Part shown: piece by piece, positions 25,031 to 38,700 of the stretch
Numbering within the stretch: position 1 is the stretch's first letter
How the letters are laid out: each line of letters starts with the position of its first letter
NCBI RefSeq assembly: GCF_964355755.1
Contig: NC_092672.1
Coordinates: 20,225,237 to 20,289,236, forward strand
Direction of reading: 5' to 3'
From: Antedon mediterranea
Taxonomy: Eukaryota; Animalia; Echinodermata
Length of the DNA: 64,000 nucleotides
Position numbers and translations under genes: made by a program
Notes under the pieces: generated by a model
What the model was told of the DNA's origin: nothing
The model's database searches: none
What the model saw: the letters and a program-made list of their open reading frames with translations, nothing else

Positions 25031-27990
25031 TTGGAAGACCACAGTAGTTTCAATGATACAAGTGGATTGAGTGATGATACAGAAGATATCTTACGAGCCA
25101 ATAAAAAGGACCTCAATAGTAAAAAGAAACTACATTGTGTGTATACAAATGTAGATGGTCTAATCAACAAAAATGCAGAACTAGAGAGCTACTTAAGCAG
25201 CAAAACTGATGCACCGGATATTCTAGCAATTACAGAAGTATTTCCTAAGCGACGAAGTAGTGATATCGATACAACAGTCCTTCAGCTAAATGGGTATGAC
25301 ATGTTTATAACAGACCAGCTGGGCAGAGGAGTTTGTATATATACAAATAAGGTGCTAAAAGCAACAAGTGTAAACTTCGACACTCAATTAAACAACTTTA
25401 ATGAAAGTGTCTGGTGCGAGATCAGACTTGAAAATGAAGAAAATATATTAGTGGGATGCATATATAGAAGTCCAAACTCTTCCAAAGAGAATAATGATGC
25501 TTTGTTAAATTTGATATCAACAGCCTGTAGAAGGAAGTACCCTTATCTTTTGATAACTGGTGATTTCAATTATAGAGAGATAGACTGGACATCATGGATT
25601 TCGAGAGAGCTAGTGAGAATCATGGTAGTAGTAAGCTTGTTGATTGTCTTCAGGACAACTTCCTTTACCAAGTATCTAACCGAAATACAAGATATAGAGA
25701 TGGTAATAGACCAAGTCTGTTAGATTTAATCATTCTGAACGATGAACTACTAATTGATGAAGTATCTGAATACAGCCCACTTGGAAAAAGTGATCATGTA
25801 ATTCTTGAATTTTATTTAAACTGTTATTGTAAGATTGATGATTATCAACCAAGTAGATTTAAATTTTGTAATGGAAACTATCACAATTTAAGAAATGGTT
25901 TAAAGGAAGTCAACTGGACTGAAATGAATGATAAAGATGTAAACACAGCATGGAGTTTTTTTTTATAGATGCAATACATGAGGCAACTTCAGCAAATATT
26001 CCCAAAACTAAACCGAAAGATGGAATCAAAAAGAAAAGAAAATCAGCAGTATGGATGAACACGGAAGCTCTAGCTAAAATAAAGAAAAAGTACCATGCAT
26101 GGAAGCGTTATACTGCTACAAAGCACTACAAAGATTATGAGAAATATACAAAATTAAGAAATGCAGCTTCAAAGGAGTCAAAAAAAGCTAAACGGATCTT
26201 TGAGAAAAAACTTGCAAAAGAAGTTAAGACTAACCCAAAATGCTTTTGGAATTATGTAAGGTCTAAAACAAGAATAAAGTGTGGAATTAGCCACCTGACT
26301 AAACCTGATGGGTCTAAAACAAAAAATGATGTAGAAAAAGCTTTTATCTTGAATAATTTCTTTTGTAGCACGTTTACATGTGAAGACATATCCGATGTAC
26401 CAGAACTTACAAATAGATATAATGGTGTACCATTGAGCACATTAGCATTTTCAAGAGAGCAAGTCCTAAAGAAGCTGATGAGTCTAAACCCTTCAAAATC
26501 TCCGGGCCCAGACAGCATACATCCACGTGTACTAAAAGAAGCAGCAGAACTAATCGCTGATCCACTAACAAACATATTTAATAAATCCATAAAGGAAGGT
26601 ATCATTCCTGACGACTGGAAGGTAGCTCATGTTTCCGCTATATTTAAGAAGGGCAACCCTACTAATCCAGGCAACTATAGGCCCATCAGTTTGACATCAG
26701 TGATATGTAAAGTAATGGAATCCTTAATCAAAGATGATCTAATGATGTTTCTGGAAGGCAACGATCTTATAAGTAACCATCAATATGGATTTAGAGCAGG
26801 CAGATCATGTGTAACACAACTGATAATGGTACTTGATAAATGGACAGCTATGATTGATGAAGAAGGTGGTGTAGACGTAGCATACCTGGATTTTAGCAAG
26901 GCCTTCGATACTGTCCCACACCAACGACTACTGAAAAAAATACAAGCATATGGAATTAATGGTAATCTTTTAAAATGGATAGAATGTTTCTTACTTGGAA
27001 GGAAGCAGCGTGTTGCAATTAAAGGAACCTTATCGTCTTGGTCCCATGTTACAAGCGGGATACCCCAAGGAAGTGTCCTCGGACCTATACTATTCTTGAT
27101 CTACATAAACGATCTACCCGATATATTAGAAACCCACAAAGAGATGTTTGCTGATGATACCAAACTGTTCAATCATATTAAGAGTCGGGCTGACTGTGAA
27201 GCCCTCCAACGTGATATTGATGCTGCTAACGATTGGGCAATAACTTGGCAGTTGATGTTTAACGTCAATAAGTGCTGCATTATGCATCTTGGCAGGAGCC
27301 TTGAATTGTACAATTATACGATGTCAGCGGAGGCTTTGCAGGCAAAAGAGGAAGAAAAAGACTTGGGCGTTATATTTGACCAGACCCTCAAGTTCAGCAA
27401 ACACGTTGGAATCGTCAGTAATAGAGCCAATAGAGTTGTTGGTCTGATCAGACATACATTTAACTACCTTGATGAGGAAATGTTTGTTCCACTTTTTAAA
27501 TCATTAGTGAGACCTCACCTTGAATATGCTAACTGTGTATGGTCTCCGTTTCTTCGTAAAGATATAACATGCATTGAAAAAGTTCAAAGGAGGGCAACAA
27601 AAGCAATTCCATCATTAAAAGACCTGGATTATACAAAATCCAGAACGCCTAAAACGACTAAATCTACCAACATTGGCCTTTAGAAGATTACGAGGAGATA
27701 TGATTCAAGTTTTTAAAATGGTGACAGGCCTAAGTGGTAGTGGAGTGCGTAACTTCTTCCCTATGAAAACATACGAGAGAAACCTAAGAAGACATAGATA
27801 CACCATATATAAGCGATGACCTAAACTGGATATCCGCAAGTACAATTTTTCTTACAGAATTGTTAACCTATGGAATAGTCTACCAGAGGAAGCCGTTAAC
27901 ACCACCACAGTAAACGCCTTTAAAAATAAACTTGATAAATTCATTGAAAGAAAATACAACAAATTTACTTTTATGGGATAAAGTGTATTG
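25031..27990 (+). pseudogene. CR1 ORF2 (apurinic endonuclease + reverse transcriptase), frameshifted
   Basis: YRSP, GDFN, SDH (APE); NYRPISLTS, DFSKAFD, PQGSVLGP, FADD, LEYA (RT); frameshifts near 25605, 25960 and 27640; stop near 27817. Confidence 0.92.
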
Positions 27991-30281
27991 CAGAAGAATT
28001 TAAATCAAGGAAACGAATGAAAAAAAAACAACAAAAAAAACCATGCAGTGATGACTTGATGAAATTGGGAGGGCATGACATGTACCATACAGAAATGTAT
28101 GGTCTACTTACGAGCCCGACAAGACAGGTGATTACAGGTGATTACATAAATTTACTTACTGTCAATCGATAGTATTATCAGCATTCATGATACTGTGTCT
28201 ATGAATGATGGGGTTGGGGTAAAGATATCAACATAACCAGAGGATTGGTACCTGCTGTCTCTTTTTTTATAAATTTGTTAAATTATTAAATCTGACTTGT
28301 GCATTTATGTACAGGATAGCACCATTTTAGTATTTGAATTGTACACATTTTTTGGTCTTATGTAGTAGGTTGCCCTGCATTTCTGCATAATGCATATTGT
28401 CCTTGACTTTTTACATGATATCAACTATAACATTTCTATTTAGTATTTGAATTGTAGGTTATTTGGTCGTTAATAAGGCAAAGTATTTCTTGTAGTAGTA
28501 GGTTGCACTGCATGTTTTTTGTTTCTTTCATATGAAATATTAAATCCATTACTGTAGTAGTACATTGTTTACAATATACAAATGTCCACTCACTCACTCC
28601 TATATATAGGAGATATGGAAAACCAATTCACGGTTTGTTACTTGGAGTTGTGTTATGATGATTAAAATTAGCAGAGGTTTACTTTTTACATCTCATAGTA
28701 GTTGATGAATCAAGTCGATACGATGACATCTTCAAGACAGAATCCAATATGGCCTGCAATGTGGCAGGAAAATAACAATTGTTTTTCAAAATGCATTTTT
28801 TTGTCCATACAATATACAATACAATGTACAATAGGCCTACTATCTTAAAACAAAACAGTAATTTGCTTGCTTTAAATTGATCGGTTATAAAATGCTAGTT
28901 GTACTGAATATTTTAGTATGATGTTTTATTCATCATTTTTAGTAATGCATTTGACCATACTCTCTTTTATTGTCAACACACTACCAACTCTGTCCACCAC
29001 CTCCTCATCATTAAATAGTGAAGAGCAATGATATTTAAAGGATGTAATATACGCCCATATTAGACCCAGTTTAAGTTTGTAATTATTTTGTCCATAATAT
29101 AATACATTACAAGGGCCTATACATTTTATATTACACAGTGCCCTCACTCATCATTTATTTTACTTTTTAAAATTCTGTTTATAATACCAGCGTACTGTTC
29201 AATAAAAACCAAAACATCTGTACAAAATTAAATTTTATTTAATTTTTTTAGACCTTTTTACAAAACACCTTTAGTTGAAATAGCATTTAAATAAAAGAAA
29301 AACTATTACCAGCATTCAACTAGATGATGATTTCATTTCATTATTCGGTCTATTTCAGTATATACATGAAAAAAAAAATGAAATTGAGGAGATCTTCTTC
29401 ATCATTATAAGACAATAACAAACAAACTCGTTTAAATATAAATCTACCCACTGTAATTTTGGTGTTGCTACAGTTTTTAATATTTTAGAACAATGACAAA
29501 TTGACAGATTATCAATGCTTACTTTATAGCATTCATTCAAGTATAAGCAATAATGTTAACAGTATACTATTTGAAAATCACAATATAAAAAGATCAACTT
29601 TAATCTTTGTAAAGTTTAATATTTGTTAACAGACTGTTCATTCTTTTAAATTAAATTTTAAATTCAAACCATAATTTATCCACAAAATATCAATGATTAA
29701 AAATAAACTTGTTTAAAAAATGAAAAAAAATTTTAAACTCTAATCGTGTCTTAAGTTGATCATTGACACTATTTTAACTAAAATAAATACCGGTAACTTA
29801 AATTTAAAGTTTAGTTAGCAAGGTTCAAAAGGATGAACTAATAAAAACCTTAAAAGATGCTACGAGGATACTTGTTTTTCTTGTCTTACCATTATTGAAT
29901 GAATGTTATTGAATTGAATTCACAGCCTACACATACAATAATATACAATAATGACAACATTTGATGTTTTATTTAAGTTTAACTAAAAATGAAAAACTAC
30001 GATGTGTATTCCATGCGTACTGTACACCAATTTTTTATTGTTGAAAGTTTCAAAATGATGCAATGAACTTTACTCCGTCCATTGGATTGAATGTTAAACT
30101 GACCAAATAAGTCCTGATAATGAACAGAACAGAGTATGCTCAGTATACTGTGCATAAGCATGCGCAGATTATTATTTTGTGTAGATTACCGTATCCTTTC
30201 ATCTACCGTCCCTTTGTCTACCGTACTGTCATAAAGTCGCTAGTAGGTTTTATTGTAATTAACAGCACACTACGTGGAACA

Positions 30282-30829
30282 AGTTCAAGTTCAAGTTCAA
30301 GTTAAAATTTATTGTCAAATACACAGTAAATGAAATTTGCCTTCCAAGGTTCAAATTACAATAAAAATAACAACAGTTAAAAACATACAATACTATACAA
30401 TGGATAAGATAATATATAAGAAAATATGCTATGTATAAAACATTATGAACAGTATAAATATTAAAATACTATATAAAGAATAAAATATAAAACGTCTCAA
30501 GTTATCTTTTAAATTGCTTGTTGTATTGCCTGATTGCACACGGAAGAAATGATTTATTATGACGCTCAGTCTTCTTAATTGAAGGAATCATCCTTCCGGA
30601 TCTACTGAAATTTATAAAGTTAAAAAGAGGATGAGACTGGTCGTTAATTATACATTTTAGTTTTTTCTCCATAACCTTATCGCATATATCATGGATAGAT
30701 GGGACGTTTGCACCTATTACCTTCTTAGCCATTTTTATTATTCTCTGTAATTTATTTGAGTTATACTTAGATAAACTATTTAGCCATACAATACAGCAAA
30801 ATGTTAATATGGACTGTATCATAGCCTGA
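30282..30829 (-). mobile_element. 5'-truncated Rex/Babar-like LINE with (AACTTG)n tail
   Basis: ORF 30502-30822 HPLF...SGR...SFLPCAI; TSD TGGAACA at 30275-30281 and 30830-30836; absent from copy A. Confidence 0.85.
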
Positions 30830-31222
30830 TGGAACAGCTAATATAGTAGTAGGCCTACTAATCATTGTCAGTATTTTCATTTTTGTTGTAAATGTATAGT
30901 CAACAGAGACCTCTTAGAATCAGGCTTCTGAGTCATGTCAGGAATACATTCTACTCATTCACCCTTTACCAAAATTTTGTATTTTTAAAATGTTTTTCTT
31001 TCTATGATATGTATTCATTTAGGACTGACAATTCCATTCTTATAGTTTCATTCTACTGTAAAACAATAATACTCTCTTTGTCATTACATTCAGCCTCTTA
31101 CATTAACATTCAAATTAATTCAGAATAAATACATTTGAATGATGAAGCCTGAAAAAACAAAAAAACCAGAATAACTAAAATACAAATAAATTGGTATATT
31201 TCTATACTATTGTACCTTTGAT

Positions 31223-31578
31223 CAAAGAACTTATAACACAAGAATCTCCTGTTCGTCCGAAGCGCGTAACAATTTCGAAAGGCATTGTGGGATAGAATTG
31301 AGCTAATGGGTGGTGCCATTGTGAGCCATGGAGTAGCGCGCCCTCATCAAATTAGAAAGTCAAATCATAGAGGGGATCTGCTAATACTATAGTGGGGGAT
31401 AGAGTAATTGACTGAGCCCTCTATAGGAATTAATAGTTTTGACTTCCTAGTTTGGAGGGGGCGCTGCTCCATGCTGTGAAAGGGCGTCACCCAGTTTGAC
31501 CTTTTAACCCTGTACTTCCGATACTGTGTTTTAAATGCAAATTGAAGAACAGGAGATTATTGTGTTATCAGTTCTTTG
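31223..31578. mobile_element. P-superfamily-like MITE (duplicate of 16839-17148, better-preserved TIR)
   Basis: ~32-bp imperfect TIR CAAAGAACTTATAACACAAGAATCTCCTGTTC; 7-bp TSD CTTTGAT. Confidence 0.8.
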
Positions 31579-32403
31579 CTTTGATGTAGATGATGATACA
31601 TAAAACTGTTATAAAGCCTATCAAACATACAGTAGTAAAGTCAACTAGGTTTACTAAAGCTTTGGTTGTCAACACAATGTAGGTGCTACGCAAGTGAATT
31701 GACCAATAACAAGCAACAGTTCCGATAATCCATCACATTGTGATTGGTCAATTTGCTTGATTTAATTTACAAAAAATTGGATAGACTACAGACAAATGGA
31801 CAGACTAAATGTTAGGACAAACAAACTTATTACATGCAATTATACTCAGTAATCACCTCTGTAGTCCCATGGGTACTCTTTTAAATAGTTATTGATTACA
31901 GTGCCTTAAAATATTCTTTAAATAATAATTGTGTAAATGAATTTGACCAGGACCTTTACCATGCCAATCCATATCAATACTTTGAGTTACAATTGTAGAA
32001 ATATATATATTGATATTCATTTGTAGCTATACACTTATAGGCTTCATTATCTTAAGATTATTAGAGTATGCGTAACAGCAGTTGATCATACGCACTGTTT
32101 ATATTTTGTGTGGTGAAACGAGTAAAGGGGTAGGCCTATAGCTACAGCAGTATGATCGTAATCACTGTTTATATTTTATGTGGTGTAGTAGGTACAGGGG
32201 TAGTCCTATGCTACATCAGTATGATCATAATCACTATAGGGCTGGAAGTCATTCAAATATATAGGGTTGTAATTGTATTAAACTACTGTGGAGTAGGGAA
32301 TAGGGCAAAACATCTGACCAATTACTCAACTCCCTGACGCAAAGCTACTCCACAGTAGTTTAATACAATTACGCTGCGTACTTGGGCTCGAATCTAAGCA
32401 CTA

Positions 32404-32476
32404 GCCATCAGCGCAAGTGGTCAGAGGTATGAACGGCAGGCTAGTGATCTGGAGGTCGTGGGTTCGACTCCCACCC
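32404..32476 (+). mobile_element. tRNA-derived SINE head or tRNA pseudogene (duplicate of 18101)
   Basis: B-box GGTTCGACTCC within T-arm GTGGG...CCCAC. Confidence 0.55.
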
Positions 32477-33022
32477 AAGAACTTTTTTCGCAAGTATTCT
32501 CAAATGTACTTAGTATGAAGTACAAATGACGTCAGAGTTGGGCAAAACATCTGAACAATCATTCAAATATACCAAATTCTATATTGTGTGGTGTCTGGTA
32601 CAGGGGTATGGCTACATCAGTATGGTCATACTCGCTTGTGCTTAGTATGTGACTGATTTTAGTGAAGGTGACAAAGTCACATTCCTCAAATATGTATCAT
32701 GTTCAAAGAGACTTTAATACCTTATAACCATAACATCTTTATTATTTTGTCTGTTTTTGTTATTGCATGCATCCATACATATGGGGAATAGAAAGTGACC
32801 GCAATTAGGGCGAGGCGCCTGGGGGTAATGAGGTATCAAACTGACTGATTGTACTGTGAAGTTTTAAACTATAATTGTAACAGGTATTCTGTACTTACTA
32901 GTATAAGATATGTTTTTATTCAACTGTGATATTTTATGTAAAGGTTGTCATTTTGTTTTTTGTTTTATTATTAACAAAAATGTGCATTTCTCTAACATAT
33001 TTATTTTTTAAATGTTAAATAG

Positions 33023-33121
33023 AAGGGCGAAACAGCATTGCATTGGGGTGCAGCAAATGGTCATGTCGATGTCTGCCAAATGTTGGTAGACAAGACAGCA
33101 GCAGTGGACAAACAAAATAAT
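33023..33121 (+). CDS. Internal exon encoding one ankyrin repeat (KGETALHWGAANGHVDVCQMLVDKTAAVDKQNN)
   Basis: 99 bp, phase 0-0; AATAG acceptor, GTGAGT donor; paralog of exon 22696. Confidence 0.9.
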
Positions 33122-33301
33122 GTGAGTCATAAATTAATTTTTGTATTGAGAACCATTCATGATCAGAATCAAAACTATAGCGCTTAGATTGTGCTTAGTG
33201 CTTGAAGTTGCTTGTTGGTATGACAACTACTACTAATGCAGATCCTGCATTGTATCTGTCTCAGAATATTCTTGTTTAATCAATCTTTTTTAAACTTTTT
33301 T

Positions 33302-33340
<39 letters not shown>

Positions 33341-33782
33341 GTAACATTTATTTCTCTTGTCTTTCATAGAAAATAAAAATTAACAGTAAAAATTATTAAA
33401 ATAAGAGGGGCAACATTCCTAAAAAGCAAAGCTTGTATAAGGCAGCCCATAGAAAATGAAAAAAAAAAACAGGACAACACGGGAACCGGAAAAAAACAGT
33501 AATGAAGACTTTTAGATTCAGGGTACCGAAAAGACTAAATATCAAAACTACAATGAGTGAAAGGATAATTAAACATAACTAGATAAGAGGTGCCGTTTCA
33601 ATTTAAAAGAAAAACTCTTCTTAGACAAAGCACTTTTTATATTAACTGGTACGTTATCCCAAAGTTTAGGACCAGTGAACTTAATGCTATGTTTAAAAGA
33701 AGTAGTTTTAAAAAAAGGAATACGTATTTGATTTGCGCTCCGAGTACTGTGGTTATGAAAATTAAGATTGAAACTAAATAAA
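33302..33782 (-). mobile_element. LINE 3' fragment (CR1/L2 group) with (ATTG)n tail
   Basis: Absent from duplicate A; (AATC)n run at 33302-33337, AATAAA and GGGC...GCCC hairpin on minus strand. Confidence 0.6.
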
Positions 33783-34090
33783 TTACATTAGTAATGCTCA
33801 ATTTAATACACGATTATAATATTATTGAATGCATTTCATGCATTTCTCATTTGTTTCATGCTTCACAATTTTGATGTGTCAGGCACGTGTCTGATGGTAA
33901 TGGTATCTTGGACCTTGTGTGAATGGATAAAAGGCAAACAACTTTGGGGAATACATTTTTGTTATACTGATGTTGTCACAAGAGTTTGTAGTTTTTCTGA
34001 TTTCAGGATATGTTATTTGTAAAATAATGGCATAAAATTTGAACTGAATTCAAATTGAATCAAATATTAAACTTTTTCTTCTACTAAAAT

Positions 34091-34506
34091 CAAAGATTGT
34101 ATAACGCCGCGTAGCGGCGCAAGATAGGTAACTGGGTGAGACCTTTGTAATCCATGGACGCCATTCTGGCGGACAAGTTTGAACCGGAATAAAGTCGTTG
34201 TCAAGGCAATATCCACGATGTTTCGGTTAAAGAACGAAGTTGTCTAACCAAACATATCAATGTAAACACACAGAATTAATCGGAAAGTGTTCAGATCCCA
34301 AAGAAACTTTTATTTTACTTTGTTTACCTAATTTCTTCCCTTTTCCATGAATCAATCATAAAGATGGTTAACCACAGATACTTCGAAGCGGACCGCAAAA
34401 TTTAAACCATTTACATTTAAATCACAATAATAACCTGTCGGCCTGAATGGCGTCCATGGATTTACTGGGCGCGTAGTGTTATAAGATAGGAGCTTGGCAA
34501 TCTTTG
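34091..34506. mobile_element. P-superfamily-like MITE
   Basis: TIR CAAAGATTG/CAATCTTTG; 7-bp TSD CTAAAAT; subterminal inverted repeat AATCCATGGACGCCATTC. Confidence 0.8.
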
Positions 34507-34862
34507 CTAAAATGTAGAGTAGACATTACTCTATACATTGATATAAAGAATTAAATGTTTGAACAAGAAAAACTGTACTTATACTGTAGCTATTTTTGAT
34601 CATACCCTACCTAAAATTGTTTAATAATATGGAGCTCAGTGTTTTGTTAACTTGTATTCGTACATATTCATAGCTATAAACATGTGCATAGCGATGCTTA
34701 AATTAAACAGAGTTATAGGCCTACCTATCATATATTATATATATGAGAATTTTATATAAATCATACTGTAAATTATAGAAACAGTGCTCATATTCGGAAC
34801 ATGATCTCATAATAAATAGCTCATTGGCGAAAGTTCCATACTTTTTAGTTGTATGAAATAAT

Positions 34863-34930
34863 GTCTCTGGCGGGATTCGAACATGCAACCTCTCGCTTAC
34901 AGGACGAGTATCATACCACTAGACCACACC
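34863..34930 (-). mobile_element. tRNA-like SINE head
   Basis: Minus strand TGGTCTAGTGG (A box) ... GTTCGAATCCC (B box); acceptor and T stems imperfect. Confidence 0.6.
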
Positions 34931-34994
34931 ATATATGGTATTTTCATAGATTTTCTCTCATACAACAAATGATATGGACATTTTTATTATTTAA

Positions 34995-35316
34995 AGATGT
35001 ATTGTCCCCCTGAACAATTTTTTTATACATTTTTTTGTTGATTATGCCATTTTAATATCATATAATAGTTATCCACTTTGACCAAAACTGGGATTGGAAA
35101 AAAAATTATTTACCTGAAAAAACTGTAATTTAAAGCAAACAAGTCAAATTGCCTGCCAGCCAATGGATTTTTGGTTTGGTGTCATTTTAGTGAAAACATA
35201 ATTTTTTCTTCGTTTTTTTTTTCTACGCAATTGATTAACTTGATTAAAACTACAAATAACCTATGAAAGTCTGATGTAATTATTCTTAATTTTTTCACGT
35301 GGGGGACAATACATCT
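34995..35316. mobile_element. Kolobok-like MITE
   Basis: TTAA|AGATGTATTGTCCCCC ... GGGGGACAATACATCT|TTAA; related fragment near 15230. Confidence 0.85.
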
Positions 35317-35759
35317 TTAAAAAAACATAACCTAATGTCCTTGTTCTACATGGAACCCCCGCAGTTTAAACGCGGACAAAACACAGAAGAATAGCTTCTC
35401 TTTCTTGAGCTATACTTGCTCACTTTATTTCTATCCATCCGTTCATCCGGTAAACTAAAATAAAAACAAACAGAGAAACAATTGACACGGCGCCGTGAAA
35501 CATTCATCGACATGGATCATCTTGCCAAAAACTGCCCAAACCTCAAGGAAGCACATGCCCCCGAAGCTACTGAGTAATTCTAGTCGTCGCAATAATTTAA
35601 CTTTACTTTGACTCTACTTACCGTCAACCGAAATATTACCTATAATATATTTTTATTTCAAGAATTGTTTATTTTGCTTCTCATTAATTATGTATTAATG
35701 TATACAGTCTCATGCATGCTTATTGCTGTATTTCTTTTTTTAGATAACGCTATACGCAG

Positions 35760-38700
35760 CTATTGCTAATGAATGTTAATTATCTTCACTTACTTCCTTT
35801 TTATGACTTTAATGTGAACTCTGAACTTACTAACAACAATGATATTTCTAACATAACCTCTAATCCAGTTAATTACAATGAAAATGACAAATATGATAAA
35901 TCTTTTGATCAACTAATTAATAATCTCAATTCACAGTCAGTTACCCTAGATGAATGCAGCTTTTATGATTATTCACAATTTAATTCTAAGTTTAATACAT
36001 CCTTTAATACTAAACTATCTCTCCTGCATCTTAATATTAGAAGTATTACGCATAAAGTTAATGATCCCGAATGCCTTTTGAATTCAATTAATAACAAATT
36101 TTCCATAATCGGTATCAGTGAAACATGGCTTAATGAAAACTCCCCTATTCCTTTCATTAATAACTACTCCTTCTTTGCAAGCAATAGAAGCAATAATCAA
36201 ATTGGCGGAGGAGTTGCATTTTTTATACGTAATGATATTAGCATTACAATTCGAAATGACTTAAAATTACCAGACGACCTTTCCGAATCACTTTTTGTTG
36301 AGATTGAAAATTCAAAGACAAAAAATGATATTATAGGCATTATTTACAGAGCCCCTGTGGAGGGCTAGATTCTTTTACTAAATCCGTCGATAATGTATTA
36401 ACCCAAATTAACAATGAAAACAAAAATTGTCATCTCATGGGAGACTTCAATATTGATTTATTAAAATTCCATAACCATAAATTAACAAACACCTACCTAA
36501 ATACCTTAATTTCCCATTCTTTTTTTCCAACTATTTCAAAACCAACTAGGATTACCTCAACTTCGGCCACCTTGATTGATCATTTTTATTCCAAACAATC
36601 TAACTATAAAATAGTTGCTGGTGTTTTACTTAATGATATCTCCGACCACCTTCCTTTATTTCAGTTCATTGATCAAGAAATTAATGATCAAAACCTTGAT
36701 GATAATAGCGCCAACTATTCATTTCGTATAAACGACCTAAATGCATTATCGATTGATTTAGAAGGTGAAGACTGGTCTATGATATTTGATTGTGACCCAA
36801 GATTGAGTTTTGATATATTTATTGAAAAATTTACAAATATACACTCCAGACACTTGGTTAAAAGTAGTATAAAATCAAATAAAACGTTTAAACAACCATG
36901 GATGTCATCTGCTCTCTTAAAATGTAGTTCCCGGAAACATAAACTTTATAACAAATATATGCACACACGTAGTAATAATGACAAATTAAACTATACAAAA
37001 TATAATAATATTTTCACTAATCTTTGTCGCACTGCTAAAAAGAATTATTATACTTCCTAGATATAAAGGTAATCTGAAGAACACATGGCTTGTAATAAAT
37101 TCTGTTTTAAATAAAGGTAATAATAATAACAAGCACCCGAATCTAATAATTAGATTCGGTGATAATATTTACAAAACTCAAAAAGAGATATGTGAATCGT
37201 TTAACAACTATTTTTCTACAATTGGTCCTAATCTTATTAATAGTATGCCAACTAATATAACTGATCCATTATTTTATCTTCATTCTGCGTTTGCCAACTC
37301 ATTTTATATTAGCCCAGTTTCAATTGATGATGTTAACCTAACTATATACAATCTAAATTCTAATAAAGGGTCTGGATCTGACGGTATTACTGCTCATGTT
37401 TTAAAATCTGTATCTCCCTTAATCATCCACCAACTTACCCATTGTATAAATTCATCTTTTTTATCTGGCACTTTTCCAACACACTTAAAACTAGCTAAAG
37501 TTGTGCCCATTTTCAAGAAAGGTGAACGAAGTCAATTATCTAATTACCGGCCAATATCACTACTTTCAGTGCTTTCCAAAATTATTGAAAAACTCATGTA
37601 TTCTAAACTTTCTGATTATCTCACAAAATTTGATATACTTAATAAACGCCAATATGGTTTTCGAAAAAATCACTCTACATCCCATGCCGTTTTAGATCTT
37701 ATCATGGAGAAATCAGTTAACTGATTTCTCCATGATCTTATTAATAATATTACAAATCCATTTGAATCAAAAGAAAATTTATTAAGTTTATTTATTGATC
37801 TTTCAAAGGCCTTCGATGTTATTAATCACGATAATGTAATTAAAAAACTTGAGTGCTATGGAATTAGAGGTATTTCATTGAATTGGTTTAATAGTTATTT
37901 GAAAGATAGAAAACAGTATGTTGCATTAGGATCTTGTACATCGTCGACAATGGATATTACTTGCGGAGTGCCACAGGGATCTGTGCTTGGGCCATTGCGC
38001 TTCCTTATTTATGTTAATGATCTGGCTAATGTCAGCAACAAATTGCAAGTAATATCCTTCGCCGACGACACCACCTTATTTTACTATAATTCAAATATTG
38101 ATTTATTATTTACTACATTCAATGATGAATTAACAAAATTTTGTGACTGGATTATTTCAAACAAATTACTTATTAATACTCTTAAAACAAATTATTTAAT
38201 TTTTCACAATTCTCAACGTAAACTAAAAGTTGATGACCTAAATATACTTCTTGACGGAATTCAAATTGAACGCAAAACTGAAACACTTTTTTTAGGTGTA
38301 TATATTCATGAAAACCTCAAATGGACCAGTCATCAAAATTACGTTTCGAAAAAAATATCAAGATCTATTAATATTATTAACAGACTTAAGCACTTCTTCC
38401 CTCTAAATATTTTAATTTCTCTTTATCACACACTTGTACTTCCTTATTTCCAGTATTGTAACATTATTTGGGCTGCAGATTACTCTTCTAATATTGCTAG
38501 ATTAACTAAATTACAAAAACGTGCAGCTAGAATTATTACTTTTTCACCATATAGAACCTCATCTGAACCCCTTTTTAAACGTCTTGGTATATTAAAATTA
38601 ACGGATATCCACAATGTTCAAGTTGCCAGTTTTATGTTTAATTATTTTAAACCAACTTCATAGAATCATATCCCACCAAATATCAAAACGTCAATATCAT

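Larger units (their letters stand above)
23700..28145 (+). mobile_element. Near full-length CR1 LINE, degenerate
   Basis: ORF1 + APE-RT ORF2; 3' tail of 10-bp repeats ACAGGTGATT; 5' boundary approximate. Confidence 0.9.
29430..33840 (+). repeat. Segmental duplication copy B
   Basis: Colinear with 15615-23350, including the P-like MITE, tRNA-like head and ankyrin exon. Confidence 0.9.

Noticed and set aside
23862-26605. Antisense ORFs over the CR1 element (23862, 24465, 26252)
   Set aside because: Shadows of the sense LINE ORFs
18101-34930. Functional tRNA genes at 18101, 32404 and 34863 (and a weaker tRNA-like stretch at ~6105-6170, minus strand)
   Set aside because: A/B boxes are present but acceptor stems do not pair; treated as SINE heads or pseudogenes
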